A stretch of DNA of 38,243 nt from a virus (Duplodnaviria > Heunggongvirae > Uroviricota > Caudoviricetes). Made by a program: the position numbers and the translations under genes. The stretch's first letter is position 1. The number at the start of each line of letters is the position of its first letter. Positions 1 through 9,822 of the stretch are shown here, one piece after another. Location: IMG/VR virus record IMGVR_UViG_2721755660_000008, positions 1 through 38,243 of that record, one strand, 5' to 3'. Below the pieces are notes generated by a model. It was not told the origin of the DNA. It did no database searches and saw nothing but the letters and a program-made list of their open reading frames with translations.

Positions 1-2133
1 TCACTTAAAAGGAGTGTTTATCCTAACAACTCTCAAATAAACATCTCTTATATTTTCACCTCCATTTGGCCTTAAAATTGTTGCTGAAATAACTCCACTT
101 TGTGAAGCAGATACTGTTGCGTTATATACTAATGAACTATTGAATTGTTGAGCGTGTATTTGCCTTGATGTTGTTTCAATTTGCTCTCCGGCTCTCATCA
201 TAACTGCATGTTCTGAAAAACACCCGCCAGCACCAGTTGTTGTTGTCGCTGTAACCTCAACTCTATAGAAATACATAGCAAGCACACCTGAGTTTACTGA
301 ATTATTTGGAACTGGCACTTGTACGGTTATTGAGACTGGGCCGCTATCAACTCCTGTTGTCTGAGCACACCAGCCAATTTCACCATTCTGAGATATTAAT
401 GTGAATATGCATCGATCTTTTGTCCCAGCGTTTACCTGATACGTTGTTGTATAGGTGGCGCCATAGAAATGCTCTACGGTTATGGCAGTACCGAAGTTCT
501 CTCCCCAACCAGTCCATGAAGGCCAGATACTGGCATTGCTTTTAATGGCTACGCCATTATTGATGCACTTCAGAGACACTTTCCCATTATTACAAGAACT
601 CAAGAGCACAGGGACTCCAGGAATGCTGTTCCTTAGTGTTATCTCAACATCCGGCTGCTCTGCGGTTACCAACATTAATGGCTCGACTGTTCTTGGAACC
701 GTATTGAGCGGTATGTTAATCTCCATGTCACGCACTCGCGTCCTTGTACCGCCACATAGAAATGCGCACACACCACCTACATTAGCAGGAAGATAAAGTC
801 GAACACCTTCAAAAGACAAATCAAAAACATCCGATTGAGAATTTGTGATGATTTGAATAAGGTGTATAGGGCCGTTAACATTTTCTCCCGTAAAATTACT
901 CTTACTGGTGATGTTTCTGTAAATACCACCTGTTCCTGATACTTTTGCCGCAAACACTGGTGTGTCCGTCATGGTGCAAACCAAACCATCAACAACACAC
1001 CCTGTTGACCCCGTGAGTTGTAAAGTTACATTGCAGCCGCCGTATCTGTTAGATAGAGGTTCTCCGAACTCACCACAGTTTGTTATAGAACCACTAGTGT
1101 TATTGATATACATCAGGTGTGACGGACCATACGCACCGAAACTTTCGTCATGCCGCAATGTCCCATACACGTACTCAATATTGCATCCTGCAAAGTTGTT
1201 AATAAGTGCGCATGAATAGTGTGTACAATAGATGTTAGAGAATAGAGAGCCTCTAAAATCACCCTCATAACCAGAAACAAGGAAGTCGTAGCGATTATCA
1301 CTGGTTTCACCGACTGCCATCGCATTAATCAATTTGAAACGATACGCGTTTGAATTCATCCCGATAAAGCCACAGAACGCAGCTTCCCACGGGCGAGTAA
1401 TTCCATAGCGAGTGGTTGTTGTGCCCCCCAAAGGATAGCCGCCTTTATAGACAGCATTAAATCCCATAATGGTCACATCAGGATTCCTGTTCATGAAGAC
1501 CAGAAATCCAGTTTTCTCATGAGTTATTTTAGCACCGTTAAAATCAATATATGCACCAGCGGGAGGAGTGATGACATTTTCCTCATTCATCACCATACGA
1601 TATGTGGAACCTCTCTTCATGAGGCATCTTCCAGTCATAATAGCATTAGTCACCGCCACTGTATCATCAGCTACACCATCTCCAATTGCTCCATATTGCT
1701 CTGGCGTTGCCCAATATGACAAACTATCCGCTACTGTACCAGCCAAGTATCCAATTTTAGTTGCACCATCTTCTTCAGACAGCTCACTTCGAAATTGATC
1801 AGGGTCATACTTCAGCACATTTGGGAATTTGAACTGCTGTGCACCATACGCATCATAAACAGCCATAGAATGGCCTTGCTCAGTTACGAATTTGGCAATC
1901 TGTCCGTTATATACAGGGTAACCAGCGGCGTTAATGATGATTGGTTGCGAAACGGGAACATGAGAGCCGTCTTCGTTCTCTACATAAACCTGAATCTGGT
2001 TTTCTGGATTTACCGGGTCAGTGTCAATTTTACCGATATAAATTTTGCCATTGGCTACGGCTTTAAAAGAACGAGCCATAGTGAAGAGTTGCGAAGGCAT
2101 GCTAACTACAACATTGGCTGTAATGTCTGTCAT
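1..2133 (-). CDS. Tailspike protein: P22 gp9-type N-terminal head-binding domain plus a different beta-helix (pectate-lyase-like) receptor-binding domain
   Basis: ORF 1..2169; N-terminus [11 protein letters not shown]...[10 protein letters not shown] matches P22 tailspike head-binding domain; start placed at Met13 (2133) with GGAG RBS upstream; motif [12 protein letters not shown] typical of beta-helix depolymerases. Confidence 0.9.
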   Translation of the reverse strand: MTDITANVVVSMPSQLFTMARSFKAVANGKIYIGKIDTDPVNPENQIQVYVENEDGSHVPVSQPIIINAAGYPVYNGQIAKFVTEQGHSMAVYDAYGAQQFKFPNVLKYDPDQFRSELSEEDGATKIGYLAGTVADSLSYWATPEQYGAIGDGVADDTVAVTNAIMTGRCLMKRGSTYRMVMNEENVITPPAGAYIDFNGAKITHEKTGFLVFMNRNPDVTIMGFNAVYKGGYPLGGTTTTRYGITRPWEAAFCGFIGMNSNAYRFKLINAMAVGETSDNRYDFLVSGYEGDFRGSLFSNIYCTHYSCALINNFAGCNIEYVYGTLRHDESFGAYGPSHLMYINNTSGSITNCGEFGEPLSNRYGGCNVTLQLTGSTGCVVDGLVCTMTDTPVFAAKVSGTGGIYRNITSKSNFTGENVNGPIHLIQIITNSQSDVFDLSFEGVRLYLPANVGGVCAFLCGGTRTRVRDMEINIPLNTVPRTVEPLMLVTAEQPDVEITLRNSIPGVPVLLSSCNNGKVSLKCINNGVAIKSNASIWPSWTGWGENFGTAITVEHFYGATYTTTYQVNAGTKDRCIFTLISQNGEIGWCAQTTGVDSGPVSITVQVPVPNNSVNSGVLAMYFYRVEVTATTTTGAGGCFSEHAVMMRAGEQIETTSRQIHAQQFNSSLVYNATVSASQSGVISATILRPNGGENIRDVYLRVVRINTPFK

Positions 2134-2189
2134 TTGATTTGCTCCAGATACAAGAAATCGCCGCAGCATGGCTACGGTGAATTTTGGGC

Positions 2190-2214
2190 ATAAAAAAACC
2201 CAGCCGAAGCTGGG
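2190..2214 (-). terminator. Intrinsic terminator between ant-like gene and tailspike
   Basis: Minus-strand hairpin CCCAGC-ttcg-GCTGGG followed by TTTTTTTA. Confidence 0.55.
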
Positions 2215-2233
2215 TCGTTGCGTTGGTTATCTG

Positions 2234-3163
2234 TCAGTAGTTATGTACTGAAGGAGGTAATTCTTTATTCTTAAGTCTCATCCATGCGGAAAGATTCGCT
2301 GGTCCGTCTGGCTCATTAATATCAACATCTCGTGTGTGGTTTATTAAAACGTCTCTCGCCATTCCGATAACATACGAGAATTCATTACCGTAGTCGTAGC
2401 ATCTGCCGGAATAGTTCGATTGAATTTGTTTTAATGCCGGATACAGTTCGCGGAATAATGCCTGTGAGCGGTTGGCATAATCCCATAGCCATACAAGGCT
2501 GTTTGCTTCTTTTGCAGAAAGCTCGTCGGTTTTCTTCTCTTGTTTGCCGATGAACTCGCCTTCAAGTGGAACTCGAGCTGCAAGTGACAGTGCTTCGGCA
2601 AACTGCTCCTCACTGATTTCTTTGTATGAACACCCAAAATGAGATTTCAGTGACGACCACATGGTGATCATCGCCTTAGCCTGTTTTTCCTTTGGCAGAG
2701 ACTGACCGCGACTCATGACGAGTTGTTTAATGGCTTCCTGCTGTTCAGTGGTGATTTTACCCGGCAACGCCTTTTTAGCTTTGCGTGGGTTAACTACATG
2801 GCCTTTAGTCCAGTACTCGTATAGCACATCGTCACACTCTTCCTGATACTGGATTACCTTGTCGCGGATTTCAGGGCGGACTTTGTTTGGACTGATGGTT
2901 TGCAGCCAGCCAGCAAGTTTGCGAAGTGCCAAACAAATAATCTCACGGCACTGTTCATCACCAGGAAGCTGCATTGTGATTTTCACAATGGAGGTTTTAA
3001 ACCGTTGCTTTATTTTCGTAAACTGTGAAGCCCAATCCATACCCATACCTTCAACGATAGGTTTCATTGGGGTGTACGGCTCACCGTTGTGATTGACGAC
3101 ATAAAGCTCTGCGCCGTGGAATGGCACGTTGATAGTAGATACTGCTGTTGCTATACTTTTCAT
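2234..3163 (-). CDS. ant: Putative antirepressor (Ant-like)
   Basis: 309-aa ORF immediately downstream of an Arc-like RHH gene in the same orientation (P22 immI arrangement arc-ant-gene 9); N-terminal region resembles phage antirepressor N-domains; GAGGAA RBS. Confidence 0.5.
   Translation of the reverse strand: MKSIATAVSTINVPFHGAELYVVNHNGEPYTPMKPIVEGMGMDWASQFTKIKQRFKTSIVKITMQLPGDEQCREIICLALRKLAGWLQTISPNKVRPEIRDKVIQYQEECDDVLYEYWTKGHVVNPRKAKKALPGKITTEQQEAIKQLVMSRGQSLPKEKQAKAMITMWSSLKSHFGCSYKEISEEQFAEALSLAARVPLEGEFIGKQEKKTDELSAKEANSLVWLWDYANRSQALFRELYPALKQIQSNYSGRCYDYGNEFSYVIGMARDVLINHTRDVDINEPDGPANLSAWMRLKNKELPPSVHNY
3129..3157 (+). promoter_or_regulatory. Putative Psar-like promoter inside the 5' end of ant, firing antisense to ant
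   Basis: TTGATA-17 bp-TATACT on plus strand; predicted start about 3163-3165, directly opposite ant start codon and RBS. Confidence 0.45.
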
Positions 3164-3228
3164 GTCAGTTTTTCCTCAAAATTTACTGGCGATTTAAGCC
3201 CGGGCTACTCGCAATAGCTTGGGCTTTA
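3164..3228 (+). ncRNA. Putative Sar-like antisense RNA complementary to the ant translation initiation region
   Basis: Transcript from promoter at 3129-3157 would cover the ant RBS (3164-3180) and end at hairpin AAGCCCGGGCUA...UAGCUUGGGCUUU (3196-3227) followed by U-rich stretch; about 65 nt, like P22 sar. Confidence 0.35.
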
Positions 3229-3229
3229 C

Positions 3230-3376
3230 TCATTCTGGACAAACAATTCCATCCTTAGCTACTGACTCCTTTAGTCTCCTCAATACCTCATTACTGAACG
3301 ACCGATCATCCTTTTTCGCGGACTGCTCCAAAGCCTTTTCCAGCCATTCTGGCATCCTTAATGTCTTAACTTTCAT
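3230..3376 (-). CDS. arc: Arc-like ribbon-helix-helix repressor (48 aa)
   Basis: Hand-translated ORF absent from the 60-aa ORF track: MKVKTLRMPEWLEKALEQSAKKDDRSFSNEVLRRLKESVAKDGIVCPE; beta-strand KTLRMP plus two helices as in P22 Arc; AAGGAG RBS 6 nt upstream of ATG. Confidence 0.65.
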   Translation of the reverse strand: MKVKTLRMPEWLEKALEQSAKKDDRSFSNEVLRRLKESVAKDGIVCPE

Positions 3377-3387
3377 TTTTGCTCCTT

Positions 3388-3435
3388 TGTATGCGGTACG
3401 CATACATAGTATTTAGGTACGCATTGATAGTCAAT
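3388..3435. promoter_or_regulatory. immI-like operator/promoter region: 19-bp palindrome TGTATGCG-gta-CGCATACA (3388-3406), palindrome ATTGA-tag-TCAAT (3423-3435), direct repeat GGTACGCAT x2
   Basis: Perfect inverted repeats in the 104-bp arc/mnt divergent intergenic region. Confidence 0.5.
3406..3434 (-). promoter_or_regulatory. Putative Pant promoter for arc-ant
   Basis: Minus strand TTGACT-17 bp-TACTAT; predicted start falls inside the 19-bp palindrome. Confidence 0.5.
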
Positions 3436-3480
3436 AGATACCTACATATCCTGTGGTAAAAAATTATTCAGGATGCGCCG

Positions 3481-3732
3481 ATGTCTGATCGTAAGTACAA
3501 AAACCCTCAAGTGAATCTGAGGCTTCCTGTAGAGATAAAGGAACGTCTTATTGAACTGGCTGAGGCTAATTCTCGTTCATTAAATGCTGAGATGGTCGCA
3601 GCACTTGAAGCATGGACCGAAAAAAACAAACACATTCAAGCACTAGATCTTGCAACTATAGCATCGCGACTGATAGAGCTTGAGCATGATGTTGAGAAGT
3701 TAAAATGTATGCATGGCAATGGTGAAAAATGA
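3481..3732 (+). CDS. mnt: Mnt-like ribbon-helix-helix repressor (83 aa)
   Basis: N-terminus KNPQVNLRLPVEIKERLIELAEANSRSLNAEMVAALE is an Arc/Mnt-type RHH; same length as P22 Mnt; divergent from arc as in P22 immI. Confidence 0.6.
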   Translation: MSDRKYKNPQVNLRLPVEIKERLIELAEANSRSLNAEMVAALEAWTEKNKHIQALDLATIASRLIELEHDVEKLKCMHGNGEK

Positions 3733-4046
3733 AACGTATCGCTATCCTATTGCTCCTGTGTCTCTCGAGCATAGCTAACGCAGAAACAAAATCAGACGAT
3801 AGCAGTTTTGATGAAATACAAGGCCTCATGATAGCTTCTAAAATGGCTGGTATGTGTGGTGCAATCAAACAAATGGCAATATTCCAAGAATCTACAAACA
3901 TGCCAGGTGGGAATGAATTCTTACAGAGATTCCTTACTACAGAGCAAGCAAGGCTCGGGATGACTCCGCAGCAATTTCTTGAAGCATGTCAGAAATCAAT
4001 CTCTATTTATACCACCTATTACAATATGAGCTCTGAGAAAAAATAG
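3729..4046 (+). CDS. Small secreted (periplasmic) protein of unknown function, 105 aa
   Basis: Start overlaps mnt stop (ATGA); Sec-type signal peptide MKRIAILLLLCLSSIANA; AT-rich codons with several ATA. Confidence 0.6.
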   Translation: MKRIAILLLLCLSSIANAETKSDDSSFDEIQGLMIASKMAGMCGAIKQMAIFQESTNMPGGNEFLQRFLTTEQARLGMTPQQFLEACQKSISIYTTYYNMSSEKK

Positions 4047-4323
4047 ACTAGGATTTCAACGGCTTCCGCGTCCCTGAGTAATTCTGTTGCGGATTTGCTT
4101 CTTGCGGTGGTTTAAGCTGGAGAGCTTGGCTTCTGCTTCTGATATTTGCGCATCTAGATCTTTAAGCTCAAGATCTGAAAGTCGCTGGTCAAGCAGGAAG
4201 TCACTCCCTGTTACCGTTAGAACTCACAACATAAGCAATGTTGAATCCATAGCTAATATCGTTTTCCTGGCTGGCTCAGAACGTTTCGCAAACCTATTAT
4301 CAAGATTCCTGTTACATCCTCTA

Positions 4324-4581
4324 TTATGGGGCTTTGCCACCCCAGCCGCCGACCATGCCAGATTGAGAGAGTACGGGAAATGCCTCGATAACGATCTTGA
4401 TCGCTTCGTTGAGACGTTCAATATCGACATCGGAACCCATATTAGGTGGGCATCCCTGATAGCAGACTCGACCATTTTGGATGCTAACAAGGCTCTTGAG
4501 CATGGCATAATTAATTCCATAAAAACTGCAAGGCTGGTATCCAATCAGGCAAACTGGTGGGTTGTTTGATGGGTAAATCAT
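4324..4581 (-). CDS. Hypothetical Cys-containing protein, 85 aa
   Basis: AAGGAG RBS 5 nt upstream of ATG, directly after a terminator; no AGA/AGG/ATA codons, unlike the overlapping plus-strand ORF. Confidence 0.45.
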   Translation of the reverse strand: MIYPSNNPPVCLIGYQPCSFYGINYAMLKSLVSIQNGRVCYQGCPPNMGSDVDIERLNEAIKIVIEAFPVLSQSGMVGGWGGKAP

Positions 4582-4594
4582 GATTACTCCTTAT

Positions 4595-4625
4595 AAAAAA
4601 CCCACCTGACGGTGGGTTTCATTTC
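4595..4625. terminator. Bidirectional intrinsic terminator
   Basis: AAAAAA-CCCACC-tgac-GGTGGG-TTTCATTTC; flanked by A-run and T-run. Confidence 0.6.
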
Positions 4626-5045
4626 TTAATCTTGCTTCGTAGAAGGTATAAGAGATGCATTTGCCTCTTTTGGCTTCAATGTATACATCCCACCATTAAA
4701 TGGATCAACAGCAAGCCAACCGATTAACCCACCAAACACAAGGTTTCCACCAATATACCAACCATTAGCATTGGCTTTGATTGGCAGGGTAACTGGTTCG
4801 TACCCATCCTTTTCCATAGTGATCTGGTAGCTCTTTTTGCCAAAATAACTACCATCTGACTTGGCAAGAGTTACTCCTTGTGGAGTCTTGCCTTGCGCAA
4901 CAATCACGCCTGATTCATCTTTTACCTTAAAGCTCGCACCGGAAGGGTTGCTGTTCACTTGCACAAGTTGCGTTTCATCACCAACAATAGTTGCGCACCC
5001 AGATAACATGATAGCGCCAGCAACGACGCTAATAATCCTCTTCAT
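4626..5045 (-). CDS. Lipoprotein of unknown function (possible superinfection exclusion moron)
   Basis: ORF 4626..5057; signal peptide with lipobox LSGC (MKRIISVVAGAIMLSGC); start placed at second Met (5045); located between gp16-like gene and immI region where P22 carries sieA. Confidence 0.65.
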   Translation of the reverse strand: MKRIISVVAGAIMLSGCATIVGDETQLVQVNSNPSGASFKVKDESGVIVAQGKTPQGVTLAKSDGSYFGKKSYQITMEKDGYEPVTLPIKANANGWYIGGNLVFGGLIGWLAVDPFNGGMYTLKPKEANASLIPSTKQD

Positions 5046-5140
5046 ATCAATTTCCATATCTAAAAAACCGGAAACATCCTAATGACAAACCATTCAAATG
5101 TGAAGCACGAGATAAGATCAATCCATCCGTGGACGACTAA

Positions 5141-7309
5141 TTACTCCTGTGTCATTCCGCTTAGCGATGCCACAATCCCAGCCCTCGACAAACGCTGGAA
5201 CTCTTCGTTTCCTAGTGCATCGCGAATTGCTTTTACGGCGGCCTTATTTGCCATAAATCTGCGTTCCGCCGCCGCTAATGCGCCATCACTTGCCCCAACT
5301 TTAACTGCCTTTGTCGCCTCTTGAACAGCCTTTTCAATAGCGTAACGACCACTTCTGGTTGCGGATAATTTCGCTATCGATCCTTTTGCTATTGCATCAA
5401 TTGCTCCACCTGCAGCGCCACCCACTATTGCTCCAATAACACCTCCTCCAGAGAACCCTGCGATAGCGCCAGCGGTTGGAAAAGCGCCAGACAATACGCT
5501 CTCTAAAACTGGATGAAGGCCATTCTCAAGAGTGCTAATGGCTGGCATAGAGCGCCCTGTTTGTTCAACATATCGAAGTGGCTTTGTTGCTGCTCTTGCA
5601 AGTTCTCCAAACCCCCTAGCAATCCTACCAAGCTCTGGAGAATATCGACTAATTGCCTTCACGTTTTGTGGGGTAAGAATAGTCGCGATATGCTTAATTC
5701 CAGCCTCTTCAGACTTACCTCCTCGTACCCCTTGCGATACCGCATCTTGTAATATTGATGCAATTGCTGGCGCGCGTTCCGACTCAGGTAGGGCGCTTAT
5801 TATTTTATGGAACTGACCTGTTCCACTTTTTGCTGAACCCTGCAACGCCTTAGAGCCATTAGTTACCAACTGATCAGTTGCAAGGTCTCTACCAAACGCT
5901 GCTTCAGCCTGTTCTTGTGCTGTAAATCTTGCTTTTGATAGATCATTAGCTTTTTGCCAGTCATCAAGAAAACCGCCATTTTGAGCCATTATGCGCATAT
6001 CTTCCGTTGCTGCATCACGAAGCTCAGCCATGCGCCTTGCCGTATTTGCCTCACCAGACCTTATATACTTCTGCTCTGCGTCAGCAAGTTTACTTCGCCA
6101 TGCCTTCATGGCATCAAACGTGATTCCTTTTTTACCAGTTTTAGCATAAGCAGATGCGAATTGTTTCATCTCAGGAGTTAGCGGCATGCCAGCCAAAATA
6201 TCACCCTGAATTGTAGCGTTCAGGTTTGACATTCTGGCCTTTGCGTCAGGCATCGTGGAGCGGACGCTATCCCATGCGGCCTTTTCTGAATTTTTCATTT
6301 TATCAATACTTGCCAAAACCCTTTGTTTTATGGCTGCACTTTTTTCTGATGCAGTTCCTGCTTCAGCCCCAAACTCATCCAATGCTGAGTTAAATTTCGA
6401 CTCTATTTCACTGAATGCTTTGGTGTGTGCATCCTGTGTAATTCCGGGCTTTGACGCCAGAATCCCCTCCGCCTGAGCAAGACCACGACTACCTGATCTC
6501 ATGCCAGGAGTTAATGCGTTGATATCTATTCCAGCAGTATCTGCTGCTTTTGCTATTTCGTCTGACACATTAGCTGACTGTCTGGCAATAATCTCTCTTC
6601 CTGTACCAGACTTTGCCATTTTCGAAACATCAGCAGCGGAATTTATTGCCCCGCCACCAAGAACTTGAGGTGATTTAGAGGTTAAGATCCTTCCAGCCCC
6701 AGAAAGTATCCCCTGAGCACCAATATTGATACCACCGTTAATGGCAGCATTTTGTGCAAAGTCGCCCTCCTGATTTGCAGCATCAGCAAGAGAACCGGCA
6801 ATCATGTTTCCTGCGGAACCGATGTCTCCTGCTAGCTTTGCTGGCGCTCCAGCAGCTTTTGCTGCTGTGCCAATTGGCAGGAGATACCCACCAATTGTTT
6901 CACCGGCTTGCGCGTAAGGGTCTGTCGGTCGCTCGACAGGGCGATAAACATCATCCAAAACCTTGGGGCCGCCAAGCCCCTGGCTGATTGCATTAATCAG
7001 ACTTGCGCCACCCTGCAATACGTCAAATGGTATGTTTACCAGACCACGACCAGCCTGTTCTGCAATTTGCCCTGCACTTTGACCACCAGTGAGCCAATCG
7101 CCAGCTTGTTGCATCAATGATGGTTCTTCTTTCTGCTGCTGAGGTGGAGGGTATGCTGCATAAAACTGATCTCTTGCTTCAGCCCATTTGTCACCAGCCT
7201 TAGGGGCAACAACCTCATCAAAATATTGCGCTTGAGCCTGTGCTTTCTGTTCTTCAGTTAACGCCTGATACTGTGGAGAAGCGATAACATCTTTCCATGC
7301 TTTAGCCAT
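5141..7309 (-). CDS. DNA ejection/injection protein (P22 gp16-like), 722 aa
   Basis: Position after gp20 homologue; Gly/Ala-rich large protein; start overlaps gp20 stop (TAATG). Confidence 0.8.
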   Translation of the reverse strand: MAKAWKDVIASPQYQALTEEQKAQAQAQYFDEVVAPKAGDKWAEARDQFYAAYPPPQQQKEEPSLMQQAGDWLTGGQSAGQIAEQAGRGLVNIPFDVLQGGASLINAISQGLGGPKVLDDVYRPVERPTDPYAQAGETIGGYLLPIGTAAKAAGAPAKLAGDIGSAGNMIAGSLADAANQEGDFAQNAAINGGINIGAQGILSGAGRILTSKSPQVLGGGAINSAADVSKMAKSGTGREIIARQSANVSDEIAKAADTAGIDINALTPGMRSGSRGLAQAEGILASKPGITQDAHTKAFSEIESKFNSALDEFGAEAGTASEKSAAIKQRVLASIDKMKNSEKAAWDSVRSTMPDAKARMSNLNATIQGDILAGMPLTPEMKQFASAYAKTGKKGITFDAMKAWRSKLADAEQKYIRSGEANTARRMAELRDAATEDMRIMAQNGGFLDDWQKANDLSKARFTAQEQAEAAFGRDLATDQLVTNGSKALQGSAKSGTGQFHKIISALPESERAPAIASILQDAVSQGVRGGKSEEAGIKHIATILTPQNVKAISRYSPELGRIARGFGELARAATKPLRYVEQTGRSMPAISTLENGLHPVLESVLSGAFPTAGAIAGFSGGGVIGAIVGGAAGGAIDAIAKGSIAKLSATRSGRYAIEKAVQEATKAVKVGASDGALAAAERRFMANKAAVKAIRDALGNEEFQRLSRAGIVASLSGMTQE

Positions 7310-8658
7310 TAATCACCCCATAAAGACGAGAAACCGGACTTATTGCTGTCGCTTCCTGATTTTCGCTCACTAACATATGTGTCATAACCTGATGAACTAT
7401 ATCCCATTGATTCAGCCTCCATTGCTGCAACCTTTTGAAATACAGAATATTGCGATCGGATTTCAGATAACTGTTTTCTGACGACCTCTTCAGGCTGTGT
7501 TATATCGAGTTTCGCGATCAGGTTTTCCAGTTTTTGGCCTTCAGCATTGGAGAGGCTCCCCATACCTCGCATAATCTGCACGTTCTGGACAAACGCACCC
7601 GACTTTAATTCTTCTATCGCATTACGGTTTGCAAGCCCTTCAGCACTTGTGAAGACATCTATATTTCTTCCTTCGAAGCGACCGATACCTTCAAGCTCCT
7701 TCTTACCAAGCAAAGAATCTATTTTCTCTATCCCTCGCTCACCAGTAATCAACGCTTTGTTGTAATTATTGTTGCCATCAAGCCATCTCTTAGCCTGAGA
7801 CATTCTGGCTGACGTTGCAGCTTTACCGGTTAGAGGATCAATTCCCGTCGCTGCTATCTGTGAGTTAAGAGACAAAACATCCATATCCTGAAGTTGTCCT
7901 GCTCTTTCAAGGGCCGCCTGTGACTGCTTAAACACATACTTGTCGTGATTCAGTCTTGCCATTTGAGCCTTATAGGAAAGATCCTGCCCCCTAATAGCCC
8001 TCGCATTCGTCATGTCATTATTGCGAATGGTTTCGTTAATTCTTTGCTGCTCCTGCTGGCGACCAACCATCTTATCCTGAACAGCAAACGCCTTTTCTGG
8101 TCCAAGCGCACCGAGAGACATAGTAGTCAGCATGTGTGATAGCTGCTCTGGATTCTGGATACCTGTCTGAATCATCCAGTCAGCATTAGCACCAACGCGA
8201 TTTAACCTGTCCTTGTTGTTAGTAATGAATTTACTGTAGGCTTCCGGTCCCTGAGAAAGAGCGACGTTAGCCCTCATGGCTAAATCGCCCATATCGTTGC
8301 GTTGCTGATCATTAAGACCAGAAAACGCCTGTTGTGCCTGTGCAACAAACGCTGGATTTTCCTGGGCAAACTTAAATAGTCCCGATGGATCACCAGAAGC
8401 CCATGCATCAGCGTGAACCTTATTGAACGCACTAATAGCTTTCTGTTGCTGTTCCTGATTGTAAATATCAGCAACTCCAGCCAGACCACGTAACGCGGTC
8501 AGGCCAACGTTATTTGCACCTGAGCGAGCCAGTTCATTGTTTTCGCGGATCAGACCAAGCGTTGCGTTAATGTCGCTTGCCTTTGGCGCATTCTCATTTT
8601 GCGTACCGATGCCAGCCAGAAAACCACCAGAATTAATACCCTGTTGCCACGTAGCCAT
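7309..8658 (-). CDS. DNA ejection protein (P22 gp20-like)
   Basis: 449-aa ORF in conserved position between gp7 and gp16 homologues. Confidence 0.8.
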   Translation of the reverse strand: MATWQQGINSGGFLAGIGTQNENAPKASDINATLGLIRENNELARSGANNVGLTALRGLAGVADIYNQEQQQKAISAFNKVHADAWASGDPSGLFKFAQENPAFVAQAQQAFSGLNDQQRNDMGDLAMRANVALSQGPEAYSKFITNNKDRLNRVGANADWMIQTGIQNPEQLSHMLTTMSLGALGPEKAFAVQDKMVGRQQEQQRINETIRNNDMTNARAIRGQDLSYKAQMARLNHDKYVFKQSQAALERAGQLQDMDVLSLNSQIAATGIDPLTGKAATSARMSQAKRWLDGNNNYNKALITGERGIEKIDSLLGKKELEGIGRFEGRNIDVFTSAEGLANRNAIEELKSGAFVQNVQIMRGMGSLSNAEGQKLENLIAKLDITQPEEVVRKQLSEIRSQYSVFQKVAAMEAESMGYSSSGYDTYVSERKSGSDSNKSGFSSLWGD

Positions 8659-8668
8659 TGATTACCCC

Positions 8669-9364
8669 TTAAAACAACGAGCCAAGCAGACCAAGACCGC
8701 CGCCAACAGCAGCACCAATACCAGTACCAATACCTGGAACAATGCTGCCAAGCTGTGCTCCAGCAATTGCTCCAGAGGCAGCCCCGCCTATTGCAGATTG
8801 AAGACCGGAAGGTCTATTAGCGTTTGCCGCCGCCAGTGCCGCGCTTTGCTGTGAAATCTGGCTCATGTTGTTGGCATATGTTTGCCCGGCGTTTGCCTGA
8901 GCTTGCAGTGCGCCAAGACCAATATTTGCCAGATTCTGGTAGTTGTTCATCTGACCAGATAGCCATTGCTGACCAAGCGTTGGTGCGATTGTTGCTAACT
9001 GATTACCGGTTGCAGTGGAACCCAATCCACCTGTTGCTTCCGCTGCCGCCAGACTCTGATAGCGAGCCTGACCAGCAAGATCTTTGTACTGCTGAGAGTT
9101 GTAATACTGGTTAAGTGCCTGACCTTGCCCTTCCAGAGACGATAAGTTCTCGAGGCTGCCGACATACTTATCAGCCAGAGGAGTAAACGGCTTCAGGTTG
9201 TTCATGATGGTGTTGAACTGCTGATTTTGCAGGTCTGCGGCATACTTCTGAGCTTCTGCTGCATACTTTGCGCTTTTATCAGAACTGCCACCTTTCCCGC
9301 CTTTTTCAGGGCAATAAGGTTCCTCGCCGCGCAGTTTTCTGCCCAGCTTAAATGCATATAACAT
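8669..9364 (-). CDS. DNA ejection protein (P22 gp7-like)
   Basis: N-terminus MLYAFKLGRKLRGEEP matches P22 gp7; Gly/Ala/Gln-rich. Confidence 0.85.
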   Translation of the reverse strand: MLYAFKLGRKLRGEEPYCPEKGGKGGSSDKSAKYAAEAQKYAADLQNQQFNTIMNNLKPFTPLADKYVGSLENLSSLEGQGQALNQYYNSQQYKDLAGQARYQSLAAAEATGGLGSTATGNQLATIAPTLGQQWLSGQMNNYQNLANIGLGALQAQANAGQTYANNMSQISQQSAALAAANANRPSGLQSAIGGAASGAIAGAQLGSIVPGIGTGIGAAVGGGLGLLGSLF

Positions 9365-9366
9365 GG

Positions 9367-9822
9367 CTATCTCCCGTGATTCAGGAAGTCGATTAGTTCT
9401 TCGCGTGTGGCGCTGTAAAAAGTCACGTCATCCACGCCTTTAAAGTATTTCTTGATGGTTCCGACACGCTTAAGGCCAATCATTGCGCAGTAAATCTGCC
9501 CGTGGCGGAATTTGCGTGCGGCGAACGATGTGACACACTGAACGGTGGTGTTAGTCAGAATGTATCGCCAGAACGCCAGCCCGATTTCCTTGCTGAAGCC
9601 GCGAATCTCTGGCAGGTACATGGCGTGGCAATCGAATGTCAGCGGCTGAATCTCCTGATAGTAAACAATGCCGCCGAACTGCCCGTGCACGTTCACCTCA
9701 AAGTAACGGCATTCAGGTTTGTAGTCGTATCCATCACCGTTGTTGCTACCAGCAATAATGTCAGGGTGATTTCCGACTGCTTCTATCAGGTCGATGTTTC
9801 GCGTTGGTTTGAACTGAATCAT
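9367..9822 (-). CDS. Head assembly protein (P22 gp14-like)
   Basis: 151-aa ORF in the gp26-gp14-gp7 order of P22-like phages. Confidence 0.8.
   Translation of the reverse strand: MIQFKPTRNIDLIEAVGNHPDIIAGSNNGDGYDYKPECRYFEVNVHGQFGGIVYYQEIQPLTFDCHAMYLPEIRGFSKEIGLAFWRYILTNTTVQCVTSFAARKFRHGQIYCAMIGLKRVGTIKKYFKGVDDVTFYSATREELIDFLNHGR

Noticed and set aside
2134-2169. Twelve extra N-terminal codons on the tailspike ORF ([12 protein letters not shown])
   Set aside because: No RBS upstream; the conserved tailspike N-terminus begins at Met13, which has a GGAG RBS
4224-4544. 106-aa minus-strand ORF overlapping the 85-aa gene in another frame
   Set aside because: No RBS, overlaps a better candidate, composition not protein-like
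4087-4569. 160-aa plus-strand ORF (TTG start) between the secreted-protein gene and the bidirectional terminator
   Set aside because: Starts with TTG without an RBS, N-terminal third is Arg/Ser-rich, and it is loaded with rare AGA/AGG/ATA codons; it is antisense to the better-supported 85-aa minus-strand gene (4324..4581)
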